Positions 9,570 to 18,299 are shown, counted from the stretch's first letter. The stretch is 64,000 nucleotides of DNA from an uncultured Lewinella sp. (GCA_913057725.1 CAJXOS010000006.1:11387-75386); one strand, 5' to 3'. Made by a program: numbers and translations. The notes: a model not told the origin generated them from the sequence alone.

Positions 9570-11021
9570 ATGAGTACGTTAAAATATATACCTCTTCTAG
9601 CACTGGCCTTCTTTTTCCAGGCCTGTACGGAGGACTTCCAAGAAATCAATACCAACCCCAACTCTCCAATTGAGGTACAACCAAGCCTTCTGCTTCGCCA
9701 GGTTATCTATGACTACGGAGAAGAAATGTCCTATGAGGGCTTTGTAGCAGGAAATCTTTTAGGACAGTATTTCACGGCTATTGATTTTAATCTATTTGAC
9801 CGGCACAGCCTTACCGAACCACAGTTTGGCGGCAATCCTTGGCCCGTATTGTATACCAACCTACGGGACAATGAACTGATCCTCGATCAGGTAAAAACCA
9901 ACGAAGCGCTTGCCGTATACGAAGGTCCTGCTCTAATTATGAAGGCTTATTTGGGCATGACACTAACCGACATTTTCGGAGACGCACCTTACACCGAGGC
10001 TTTGCGCGGAACAGAAGGACTTGTTACACCAGCCTACGACCTACAGGCTGATATCTATCAAACAACTGGAGGCATCCTGGACAACCTAAGCAATGGCATT
10101 GCCGCCATTGAAAACTATCAAGGCAGTATCCCATTGGAAGGAGACATCTTATTTGATGGCTCGCTTGATGGCTGGGTACGTTTTGCCAATTCGCTGCGCA
10201 TCAAAGCCCTCATTCGGATATCTGATCAGGTAAACGTTAGCGCAGAACTGCAGTCGATTTTCGATAATGGCAACTACTTGAGCGATAATGCTCAAAATGC
10301 CGTTTTTGACTTCACCGATGGTCAACCGAACAACTTCCGGATGGCCAACCTACGGGCAGGTGATTTCAATCTATTTATCATGTCGGAGACAATTGAAGAA
10401 ATCCTCGTGGATCTGGATGACCCTCGGATGGCTGTTTGGTTCCGCCCAATAAGCAATGATCCAGGACAGACTACTTTCAACGGTTTGCTGAATGGTCCTG
10501 ATGCCTCGCAAACTTCCATTTCGGTAGCAGATTTCTCTCTTACCGGTACCATTTTCCGCGAACGCACTGGAGACCTGGACGCTAACTTCCTCACGGCTTG
10601 GGAGACACACTTCCTTTTGGCAGAGGCAGCTGAAAGAGGCCTCATCAATGCTGATGCAAAAGCGCTCTATAATTTAGGCGTACAGCAGGCTTTCGAGTAT
10701 TGGCAAACCGATCTACCAGCTGATTACCTAAACAGTGGCGCTGCAGCTTATGGTGAAAATGGTGCGGATAAAATAGAGCAGATCATCACCCAAAAGTGGT
10801 TGGCAAACATCATTAATGGATACGAAGGTTGGATCGAATACCGCCGTACTGGTTTCCCTAACCTAAAGACTATTTCAGCGAGCTTGAATAATGATCTCAT
10901 CCCTGTTCGGATGCCGTATCCTACGGATGAGGCAGCGCTCAACGCCGCTAATTTTTCTGCTGCAGCTGCAGCCACTGATGGCAACAGCATCAATGCCCGC
11001 GTTTGGTGGGACGTAGAGTAA
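9570..11021 (+). CDS. susD: SusD/RagB family nutrient-binding lipoprotein (SusD-like_2)
   Basis: Lipobox FQAC, INTNPN, TDIFGDAPY, WVRFANSLR, QIITQKW, EYRRTGFP, WWD terminus; directly follows susC. Confidence 0.93.
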   Translation: MSTLKYIPLLALAFFFQACTEDFQEINTNPNSPIEVQPSLLLRQVIYDYGEEMSYEGFVAGNLLGQYFTAIDFNLFDRHSLTEPQFGGNPWPVLYTNLRDNELILDQVKTNEALAVYEGPALIMKAYLGMTLTDIFGDAPYTEALRGTEGLVTPAYDLQADIYQTTGGILDNLSNGIAAIENYQGSIPLEGDILFDGSLDGWVRFANSLRIKALIRISDQVNVSAELQSIFDNGNYLSDNAQNAVFDFTDGQPNNFRMANLRAGDFNLFIMSETIEEILVDLDDPRMAVWFRPISNDPGQTTFNGLLNGPDASQTSISVADFSLTGTIFRERTGDLDANFLTAWETHFLLAEAAERGLINADAKALYNLGVQQAFEYWQTDLPADYLNSGAAAYGENGADKIEQIITQKWLANIINGYEGWIEYRRTGFPNLKTISASLNNDLIPVRMPYPTDEAALNAANFSAAAAATDGNSINARVWWDVE

Positions 11022-11023
11022 CC

Positions 11024-11113
11024 CGAAGTAGGAAGTCGGAATTTGGAATTAGGAAGTATTAGCATCTATAATTTAAAAACATTTCCCCCTTCCGAATTCC
11101 CCTTTTCGACCTC
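11024..11113. repeat. Heptamer-type imperfect repeats (GGAAGTC/GGAATTT/GGAATTA) with an inverted counterpart (TTCCGAATTCC)
   Basis: Seen in the susD-symporter spacer; could form an imperfect hairpin. Confidence 0.4.
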
Positions 11114-11124
11114 AATACTGATCA

Positions 11125-12474
11125 ATGGAACAAACTCTTCTTTGGCAATGGATTTTGGTAGCAGGCTTTGGTCTACTCTTCTTTCTGATTGCGCCTATAT
11201 CGCGGACAGTAGCTAGCTTTTACAGTGCCTCCTCCGGAGAGGGTCGGCAACCGAATGTTTTCCTCCTGACCAGCAGCCTGGTCATTTCCTGGATATTCGC
11301 TAAGTCGATCACTAATGCTGCTAACCTTGGTCTGAGTTTTGGCATTGTGGGAGGAGTTGCTTACGCTGTTTATTACCTGTCATTTATTGTAGCCGGTATC
11401 GTTATCTACCAGCTACGGGTACAAGGTAAATTTGAGAGTATACACGACTATTTAAGTCAGCGATTTGGGCGGACAGCTGTGATTGTATTCTCTCTGCTTG
11501 TAGGTTTTCGGCTATACAATGAGGTGTGGTCCAACACGATGGTGATTGGCAGCTATTTTGGTGAGATGGGTAGTGCTCAATACTATGGTGCCATTATCGT
11601 ATTCACTTTACTCACACTGGCATATACCCTGAAAGGAGGTTTACGAAGTTCTTTGCTTACGGATGCCATTCAGATGGTACTCTTTGGGGTGCTTCTATTT
11701 GTCGTTCTGGGTTTGATCATGCCACAAACCGAGGGTGGAATTACGACCTACTTCCACTCTGGCGAATGGAGTTTAGCTACCGGTGTCAATCTCTTACTCG
11801 TTGCCTTTATCCAAATCTTTAGCTACCCTTTCCACGACAGTGTAATGACGGACCGCGGTTTCATCAGCGATCCCTCAACTACACGCAAGAGTTTTTTCCT
11901 TGCTGCCGTTATCGGTTTTATCTGCATCCTGTTATTCAGTTTTGTGGGTATTTATGCGCAGACAAAAGGACTGAGCGGACAAGCGGCAGTTGAGGTGAGC
12001 AAACTACTGGGTGTGGGTGCTATGTTGATCATGAATTTCATCATGGTTACCTCAGCGGCCTCTACCCTGGACTCTGCTTTTTCCTCCGCAGCGAAGATGG
12101 CTGTTATTGACTTGGGCACTAAAGAACAGCAAACGGTGGGACGAGGTCGTCTAATCATGGTGCTATTTGCTATCGCGGGCACTTTACCGATCTTTGCCAA
12201 CCCGGAAATATTATCGGCCACCACCATAAGCGGAACGATGGTATTGGGCTTAGCCCCCGTTTTCCTTTTATGGAAAATTAAGGCGAAGGCCATATCATTT
12301 CACCTGGCAGTCGGAGTGGGCATCGTATTGGGGGTTCTATTGGCGTTAGGAGCGATACCGGAACAACTCATATGGTTTCCCGGCAAGTATGGAGACTTAC
12401 TCAGCGTGAATATTCTTGGAACAGTAGCGTGCTTTGTACTGTTTCTATTGCCGACAGTCTTCAGGAGAGTATAA
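11125..12474 (+). CDS. Sodium:solute symporter family transporter
   Basis: About 13 TM helices; SWIFAKS, YTLKGGLRSSLLTDAIQ and SAASTLDS are SSF motifs. Confidence 0.88.
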   Translation: MEQTLLWQWILVAGFGLLFFLIAPISRTVASFYSASSGEGRQPNVFLLTSSLVISWIFAKSITNAANLGLSFGIVGGVAYAVYYLSFIVAGIVIYQLRVQGKFESIHDYLSQRFGRTAVIVFSLLVGFRLYNEVWSNTMVIGSYFGEMGSAQYYGAIIVFTLLTLAYTLKGGLRSSLLTDAIQMVLFGVLLFVVLGLIMPQTEGGITTYFHSGEWSLATGVNLLLVAFIQIFSYPFHDSVMTDRGFISDPSTTRKSFFLAAVIGFICILLFSFVGIYAQTKGLSGQAAVEVSKLLGVGAMLIMNFIMVTSAASTLDSAFSSAAKMAVIDLGTKEQQTVGRGRLIMVLFAIAGTLPIFANPEILSATTISGTMVLGLAPVFLLWKIKAKAISFHLAVGVGIVLGVLLALGAIPEQLIWFPGKYGDLLSVNILGTVACFVLFLLPTVFRRV

Positions 12475-12518
12475 GACAGGCTCATTATCGAACAGACTTT
12501 GAATTTAACCCTTAAGCA

Positions 12519-13367
12519 TTGGATACAGTAGAGCAGCAAACGACGGTATTTTCTATCAAAGACCTTGGTGCTTTAGAGGGACCTCTATTGGTGTTTGGTG
12601 GTGTGTATAGCAACTTGCAAGCATTGGAGCAGATGATGCAAATTGCAAAAACGAGGGATATCCCTGCTGATCGTATCATCTGTACCGGCGACATGGTAGG
12701 TTACTGTGCACATCCGGAAGAAACGATTCAACTGATTCGCGATTGGGGTATTCATTGCATTGCCGGTAATGTAGAACTGCAACTTCGTGACGGTGAAGAA
12801 GACTGTGGTTGCGACTTCAATGATGGGAGTCGTTGTGATGTATTTTCACGCCAGTGGTATCCTTACGCCCAATCGGTTTTAAGCGAAAGCGCCATTGCGT
12901 GGATGCACGACTTACCATACCACATTCGATTTAAGTATGCTGGCCTTCAAGCTCAGGTGGTACACGGCGCCTTAGAACATGTATCAGGTTACGTCTTTGC
13001 GTCTACCCCATGGGAACGAAAAGCTGATCAGCTTAATCGAGCTGAAGCCGACCTAATCCTAGGCGGGCATTGTGGCTTACCATTTAATGATCACAAAGAA
13101 GGTAAGTACTGGCTAAACCCTGGCGTTATTGGAATGCCGGCAAATGACGCCACTACGCGCGTATGGTATATGATTTTGGATGACCAGGAAGCATTCTCCT
13201 TTCAACATCATAGCTTCGAGTACAATCATAAGGCAGCGGCTCAAGCAATGCGGGACAAACGCCTACCAGAAGCCTACGCCCTAACCCTGGAAACTGGCCT
13301 CTGGGATAACTGTGAAATACTACCGGAAGAAGAAACTGCCGCTCAAGGTCAACGCATTGAACTGTAG
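12519..13367 (+). CDS. Calcineurin-like metallophosphoesterase, atypical Cys-rich subtype
   Basis: GDMVGY, VVHG, GGHCG and NPGVIG motifs; DxH replaced by GGVYSN, GNHD replaced by GNVE; CGC-x7-C segment. Confidence 0.8.
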   Translation: MDTVEQQTTVFSIKDLGALEGPLLVFGGVYSNLQALEQMMQIAKTRDIPADRIICTGDMVGYCAHPEETIQLIRDWGIHCIAGNVELQLRDGEEDCGCDFNDGSRCDVFSRQWYPYAQSVLSESAIAWMHDLPYHIRFKYAGLQAQVVHGALEHVSGYVFASTPWERKADQLNRAEADLILGGHCGLPFNDHKEGKYWLNPGVIGMPANDATTRVWYMILDDQEAFSFQHHSFEYNHKAAAQAMRDKRLPEAYALTLETGLWDNCEILPEEETAAQGQRIEL

Positions 13368-13375
13368 TATCCTGG

Positions 13376-13876
13376 CTAACGGTATCGATATACTCCATGC
13401 GGCCCAAAGGTGAGTAGATCTACTTCTCCATCATAGACCGCTCCCAACTTAATAGCTAGTCTTTTTGAAGCTTCATTTTCTCCAGCAATGAAGCTGACCA
13501 AAGTTGGAAAGTTTACTTCTTCCAATGCAAATTGCTTCAATGCCGAGGCTGCTTCATAAGCATATCCTTTCCCTTGGCCCTCCGGCAAAAACCAATACCC
13601 CAATTCAGGTTCTGGCCATTGCGGCGAATTCCATAACCCAACAGCACCCACTAGCTTGTCTGATACCTTTTCGGCGACCGCCATATAGGAGTAACCGTAT
13701 AACTGTTGATGTCCGATATAGGTAGCCATTAGCCGCCATGCTTCTTCCTCTGTTTTTACCCCGCCTACAAATTGGGTATTTTCAGCGGAAGCAAAGAATG
13801 CTGCAAGTGCTGCATAGTCTCGCTCAGCCCAATGTCGTAATCGTAATTTGTCGGTTGTGCGTTCCTTTATCGTCAT
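13376..13876 (-). CDS. GNAT family N-acetyltransferase (RimJ/RimL-like)
   Basis: PELGYW, QGKGYAYEAA, NEASKRLAIKLG. Confidence 0.88.
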   Translation of the reverse strand: MTIKERTTDKLRLRHWAERDYAALAAFFASAENTQFVGGVKTEEEAWRLMATYIGHQQLYGYSYMAVAEKVSDKLVGAVGLWNSPQWPEPELGYWFLPEGQGKGYAYEAASALKQFALEEVNFPTLVSFIAGENEASKRLAIKLGAVYDGEVDLLTFGPHGVYRYR

Positions 13877-13968
13877 TCTCTTTTACAATTTACCTTGACC
13901 AAGGTAGCAACTTGCAAATCCGTCTCCTAACCCAGTATCTTGATGTTGTGTACCAAAAGACGAAACCA

Positions 13969-14388
13969 TTGATCAAAGAGAATGTACTTCAGGTGGAGGA
14001 TTATCAAAGGCTTATTCGGGAAGCCGGCTGGGAAATGCAGCCACAGTCAGCGATCGCTGCGGCTTTGCCTCGTTCTATAGTCACTTTCAGTACGCACATA
14101 GACGGACAAACTGTGGGAATGGTGCGTCTGGTAGGAGACGGCCATATCGTTTTTTATGTTCAAGATTTGGTGGTGGCAAAGACTTATCGCCGTCGAGGCA
14201 TTGCAACGGCACTGATGAAAACAGTAATGATCTACCTGGAAAAACATGCTTCACATCACAGCTTCATCGGCTTGATGTCGGCTGCTAGTTTGGAAGCGTT
14301 CTACCAGCAGTTCGGTTTTATGCAAGGCCCTACAGTGGGTTATGGTGCAGGTATGACACAAGTATGGCAGAAGGCCACAAAAGAGTGA
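13969..14388 (+). CDS. GNAT family N-acetyltransferase
   Basis: VGMVRLVGDG, YVQDLVV, YRRRGIA, FYQQFGF. Start moved to TTG 13969 because the longer ORF overlaps the divergent GNAT. Confidence 0.82.
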   Translation: MIKENVLQVEDYQRLIREAGWEMQPQSAIAAALPRSIVTFSTHIDGQTVGMVRLVGDGHIVFYVQDLVVAKTYRRRGIATALMKTVMIYLEKHASHHSFIGLMSAASLEAFYQQFGFMQGPTVGYGAGMTQVWQKATKE

Positions 14389-14445
14389 CAATAATCATTA
14401 CTTCAAGTAATACCACTTCCTAATTTGCAGCAAATTTTGGCGTCT

Positions 14446-14832
14446 ATGCAAGAACTATCTTCCAGACCTGCAGTCTCCTTGTTGGTTCGTTCCTTCTACG
14501 CGAAGGTTCGGAACGACGAACTTTTAGGCCCCGTTTTTAATGAGCGCATCACCGATTGGGAAGAACACCTGGAACGCCTGACCGACTTCTGGGAATCCAA
14601 TCTCCTCTTCGCCCGCAAATACAAAGGCAATCCTGTACAGGTACATATTGATGTAGACCAGGACAATGCACCCGGGATCGATCAAAAGCTCTTTGGCAAA
14701 TGGCTCCAACTTTGGTATGAAACGCTAGACGCCAACTTCCACGGCGACAATGCCCAAATTGCCAAAAACCGTGCACGGAATATGGCCACACACCTCTTTA
14801 TGCGGATGTTTATGGCGCGGGTGAAAGAGTAA
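14446..14832 (+). CDS. Group III truncated hemoglobin
   Basis: FYAKVRNDELLGPVF, WEEHLERLTDFW, YKGNP..H, FGKWLQLW. Confidence 0.9.
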   Translation: MQELSSRPAVSLLVRSFYAKVRNDELLGPVFNERITDWEEHLERLTDFWESNLLFARKYKGNPVQVHIDVDQDNAPGIDQKLFGKWLQLWYETLDANFHGDNAQIAKNRARNMATHLFMRMFMARVKE

Positions 14833-14850
14833 AGGTACTTTTACTTAGAG

Positions 14851-16287
14851 CTATTGTACTTCTTCCGCGATCAACGATCTCAACAGCGATCTATTTGCCA
14901 GGACAAGATTTGAATTAATCTTGTCGTAAACTGCCTTTATTCCTGCTTGATACTCCTCATTAGAGAGGTAAGGTTTCTCTAACTGAAGCTTAGCAAACTT
15001 TCGAAAGAGTATCGCAAAAGCGATTCCCGCTGCTCTATCGCTAGTGGTCAACCATTGTGCGCGACGCACATAAATATGAAAACTATCGAGCAGGGAGAGT
15101 ACTCCTTCATATTCTTCCAGCTTATACAAAGCATAGAGCTGGATATACCTGGAACCAATGTAGTAATTGCGATTTGTCAATGGAATGCGTGAAACCAACT
15201 CCAAGGTTTTGCTGTAGCGCTCCCGGTATAAATTAATTACAGCTTTATTGTATTGCAGCACCAGCGATTTATCGGAAGTGATCATCTTAGAGACCGACTT
15301 CACTAATAGCTCTTCTGCCAAATCCATCTCGTCACCTTTACATAGGGCTGTGACAAAGTTTTTTATCTCCCACTCACTGATTTTGTAAGCGTCATTAACC
15401 AACAGAAGACGAATCACCCTTTCATAATATTTATTGTAGCTCAGATCCCCTCGTATGATTTTCGTTACCAGGAAATTCTGCAGTCGGGCGACTATCCGCT
15501 TTTGCTCGTTTTCCGACATCTTATCTAACACCTCCTCTAATCGTTCAAATAAGTAATTGAAACTCTGCTTGTCATCATTCCTTATTAGCGATAAGAGATG
15601 AAAATAAATCGGGACCAAAGAGAACTCAGCACTTTCTTCTTCTTTAGGCAAGGAAACTTCTGGTAAGGCATGAACCTCAGCAAGCAATGTCTCTGGAAGA
15701 ATATCCGTCTGCCTGGTTATTCCTTCAAAAATATCGCAGTAGATACCCAGTCGCTCTAGGGTAGTGTATTGCTCTAATTGCCTGGTTTGCTGGAGAAGCG
15801 CCGAAAGGTCTGCTCGATTTTTAAGCTCGGCATCAAATTCATGCTCAAGCTCCAGAAAGCGGAGATAGTTGTGATTAGCACTAGAACTGGAGAATCGTCG
15901 AGCATGGAGGCGCTTGGCAAGTTTTGCTCGTTTGAACTGGATATAGGCAGTTTTCCTACTGAAGACAGCTTCTTCAAAAGCCAACAGCGCTCGTAGGTCG
16001 TCATCATCGTTTAGTCGTTGCTCCGCGAGGTATTTCTCCAGAAGCTTCACTAAATCTGACAATATATTCTTTAGCTGCGAAGTCGATATAGCAAGCGTAG
16101 AGGGAAGTTCTTTTTCAAAACTAGCAAGAACCGGTTGAGCTCCGCGCCTGATGTAGGAAAGCAGTTTACTCCATACTGATTTCAATTTAGACCTTGTATG
16201 TCCCTGCTCTTGCACAAATCGATTGAAGTCGACTATAGTTCCTTCATCAAGCTCGGCAAAAGTCATTATTATTATCGAGCGCCTCAA
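14851..16287 (-). CDS. Hypothetical all-helical/TPR-like protein (~480 aa)
   Basis: Long AT-rich ORF with amphipathic helices and TPR-like C-terminal segments (YNKAVINLYRERYSKTLELV, QLYALYKLEEYE). Confidence 0.7.
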   Translation of the reverse strand: MRRSIIIMTFAELDEGTIVDFNRFVQEQGHTRSKLKSVWSKLLSYIRRGAQPVLASFEKELPSTLAISTSQLKNILSDLVKLLEKYLAEQRLNDDDDLRALLAFEEAVFSRKTAYIQFKRAKLAKRLHARRFSSSSANHNYLRFLELEHEFDAELKNRADLSALLQQTRQLEQYTTLERLGIYCDIFEGITRQTDILPETLLAEVHALPEVSLPKEEESAEFSLVPIYFHLLSLIRNDDKQSFNYLFERLEEVLDKMSENEQKRIVARLQNFLVTKIIRGDLSYNKYYERVIRLLLVNDAYKISEWEIKNFVTALCKGDEMDLAEELLVKSVSKMITSDKSLVLQYNKAVINLYRERYSKTLELVSRIPLTNRNYYIGSRYIQLYALYKLEEYEGVLSLLDSFHIYVRRAQWLTTSDRAAGIAFAILFRKFAKLQLEKPYLSNEEYQAGIKAVYDKINSNLVLANRSLLRSLIAEEVQ

Positions 16288-16402
16288 ATATGACTTTATT
16301 TTATTTTTAAAAATTGATAATCAATATTTTAACAATATAATATAGCAAAATAAAAACATACTTTAAGTCAAATTTGTTTCTCCCGTTGTACTCCCCGGCC
16401 TA

Positions 16403-16410
16403 TAGCTTTG
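16403..16410 (+). promoter_or_regulatory. -7 promoter element TAGCTTTG
   Basis: Exact TAnnTTTG match, pointing at the small ORF 16429..16497. Confidence 0.5.
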
Positions 16411-16428
16411 TATCATTCCCAAAAAATA

Positions 16429-16497
16429 ATGGAACAATCCCCTGAATGCTTTTCATTGCCTCCTTTTAAACGCGCTCAAACCCAAAATTCCACGTAA
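16429..16497 (+). CDS. Putative 22-aa peptide MEQSPECFSLPPFKRAQTQNST
   Basis: ATG preceded by an A-rich initiation region and a -7 element, followed by a terminator; too short for the ORF track. Confidence 0.3.
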   Translation: MEQSPECFSLPPFKRAQTQNST

Positions 16498-16517
16498 ACA
16501 ATAGGCAATGATATTAT

Positions 16518-16556
16518 AAAGGTGCAACAGGACAATACGTCCGTTGCACCATTTTT
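16518..16556. terminator. Bidirectional intrinsic terminator
   Basis: GGTGCAAC...GGAC/GTCC...GTTGCACC stem flanked by AAA and TTTTT. Confidence 0.7.
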
Positions 16557-16588
16557 AATTTACCTACTGAGTGTTATATGGACTGGCC

Positions 16589-16954
16589 TTAGGCCGAATC
16601 TCCATCCTGACTTCTTGTCTCCCTTCTAGGTCCACACTTCTCTTTCCAGCGTGCCTTGAAAGCGGCCCGCTCTTCGTCGCTCATCTTGCCCCATTTCTCT
16701 TTCCAGGCGGCTTTACGCTTACGCATATGCTCCCCTTTATGATTAGGTGGGCCAAGGCGGCCGAAGAGAATGCGACACAAGACTAGCAAGGCGGCGGCTT
16801 GCGCCATATTCATGGTGGGAGTCCCAAACAAGGGTTGCACCGCAAAGTTCCATAGGAACATCACGACCCAAGACAGCACTACTAGTGCCAGGACCAAAAA
16901 GAGTCCCATCCAAAGTGGCGACCAACGGCGGCGGTATTTATGTTGGCGGTACAT
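16589..16954 (-). CDS. Small 2-TM membrane protein downstream of an ECF sigma factor
   Basis: VVMFLWN..., QAAALLVLCRILFG, basic tail MSDEERAAFKARW. Confidence 0.8.
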   Translation of the reverse strand: MYRQHKYRRRWSPLWMGLFLVLALVVLSWVVMFLWNFAVQPLFGTPTMNMAQAAALLVLCRILFGRLGPPNHKGEHMRKRKAAWKEKWGKMSDEERAAFKARWKEKCGPRRETRSQDGDSA

Positions 16955-16963
16955 AGTAGTTGT

Positions 16964-17533
16964 TTAAAAGTTTAAGAGTTCTTCGTGCAAATCTGCCAAG
17001 CGTTCGCGTAGGTGTTGTACAGCATAGCGCTTTCGCGAGATCAGTGTTTTGATATTTACACCAGTACGATCAGAGATCGACTGGAACGTTTCATCTTCCA
17101 ATTCATTCCAAACGAAGACATCCCGCTGGGCTTCTGGCAACTCGTCCAAAGCTTCATATAAAGTCTCCCATACGATTTGTCGGAAATAGGCCTCCTCGGG
17201 CGTGTCATCAGAAGAGGGCAAAAAATCGTCAATAAACGCGCCCTCTCCATCTTCATCTCCAAAGCGGAGATCTTCCAGTGCTTCCGGCTGCTTTTTGCGG
17301 TAGCGATCAGTCAATCGATTACGCGCCACACGGTGCAGCCATGCATTTAGATTCTCCACCGTACTGAGGTCAACAATTCGGCTGAGTTGAAACCAGACAT
17401 CCTGCAGTACATCTTCCGCATCGGCATCAGAATTAACCCGCCCCCGGATGAATCGGAAGAGCCGATCACCGTAGTTGCGAATCGTCTGAGTAATAGTCTG
17501 TTCTCTTGATGCGGCCATAGGTAGCGTTGCCAA
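16964..17533 (-). CDS. ECF RNA polymerase sigma factor
   Basis: DAEDVLQDVW (region 2), WLHRVARN, LDELPEAQRDVF, region 4 HTH. Confidence 0.92.
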   Translation of the reverse strand: MATLPMAASREQTITQTIRNYGDRLFRFIRGRVNSDADAEDVLQDVWFQLSRIVDLSTVENLNAWLHRVARNRLTDRYRKKQPEALEDLRFGDEDGEGAFIDDFLPSSDDTPEEAYFRQIVWETLYEALDELPEAQRDVFVWNELEDETFQSISDRTGVNIKTLISRKRYAVQHLRERLADLHEELLNF

Positions 17534-17586
17534 AACTAGGTCTTTTCTTTGGTAGACGAACCAGTCATCAGATTACTTTAAATGAT

Positions 17587-17619
17587 TTTGAATTTTTTTA
17601 TGGAAAAACACTACCTTTG
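17587..17619 (+). promoter_or_regulatory. sigma-A promoter of rpsF-rpsR-rplI
   Basis: TTTG (17587-90), 21-nt spacer, TACCTTTG (17612-19). Confidence 0.75.
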
Positions 17620-17706
17620 CAGCCGCTTTAAAGTAACAGCTAAGAATCAAGAAGTTGTTTTTCTACTGTTACCATTTAATAATTCATTTTTTAAGTGTCT
17701 GATCTA

Positions 17707-18264
17707 ATGCGAAATTACGAAGTAACATTCATCGTAGACCCAGTGCTGTCAGGGGAAGAGATCAAAACGACGGCTCAGACCTATAGCGACATGTTGAAAA
17801 ATGCCAACGCGGAAATCGTGCACATCGACGAGATGGGCCTTCGCACATTGGCTTATCCTATCAACAAGCGCAATAGTGGGGTTTACTACTGTATCGAATT
17901 CCGAGTTCCTAACGGTGACATCATCGATGATCTGGAACTAGCTCTGCGCCGTGACGAGCGCATCATGCGTTTCTTGAGCTTCAAACTAGACAAGTTTGGT
18001 ATTAAGTACAACGAAGACAAGCGTAATGGTCTAATCGGTAAAGCTAAGCGTCCTAAGTCAAAGGACAAGAAAGATGATCGTCGTGGCGATCGTCGTGGTG
18101 ACCGTCGTGGTGATCGTCGTGACAACCGTGACAAGAAGCCAGCAACTCCTGCTCCAGAAGCAAAAGCAGCTAAGCCAGCAGCTCCTGCTCCTGAGGCAAA
18201 AGAAGTCAAGCCGGCTACCCCTGCTCCTGCTCCAGCTGCTGAAGCAAAGCAAGAGGAAGAGTAA
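17707..18264 (+). CDS. rpsF: 30S ribosomal protein bS6 with long low-complexity C-terminal extension
   Basis: MRNYEVTFIVDP, GLRTLAYPI, RRDERIMRF; alternative GTG start at 17695. Confidence 0.96.
   Translation: MRNYEVTFIVDPVLSGEEIKTTAQTYSDMLKNANAEIVHIDEMGLRTLAYPINKRNSGVYYCIEFRVPNGDIIDDLELALRRDERIMRFLSFKLDKFGIKYNEDKRNGLIGKAKRPKSKDKKDDRRGDRRGDRRGDRRDNRDKKPATPAPEAKAAKPAAPAPEAKEVKPATPAPAPAAEAKQEEE
18076..18243 (+). repeat. Coding tandem repeats in rpsF: 4x12 bp (DRRG) and about 3x36 bp (KPAxPAPEAKxx)
   Basis: GATCGTCGTGGC/GATCGTCGTGGT/GACCGTCGTGGT/GATCGTCGTGAC at 18076-18123; 36-bp units from 18136. Confidence 0.85.
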
Positions 18265-18299
18265 ACCTTCATTATTCACTACTAAAATCAGGATAAGCT

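Noticed and set aside
13738-13968. N-terminal extension of the plus-strand GNAT ORF
   Set aside because: Overlaps the divergent GNAT gene and lies outside the GNAT fold; a later TTG start is more plausible.
18076-18243. Repeats as a CRISPR array
   Set aside because: Contiguous in-frame coding repeats without spacers; no cas genes.
18285-18299. Strong Shine-Dalgarno upstream of rpsR, as reported for some Bacteroidota
   Set aside because: Only AGGA is present, too short to call.
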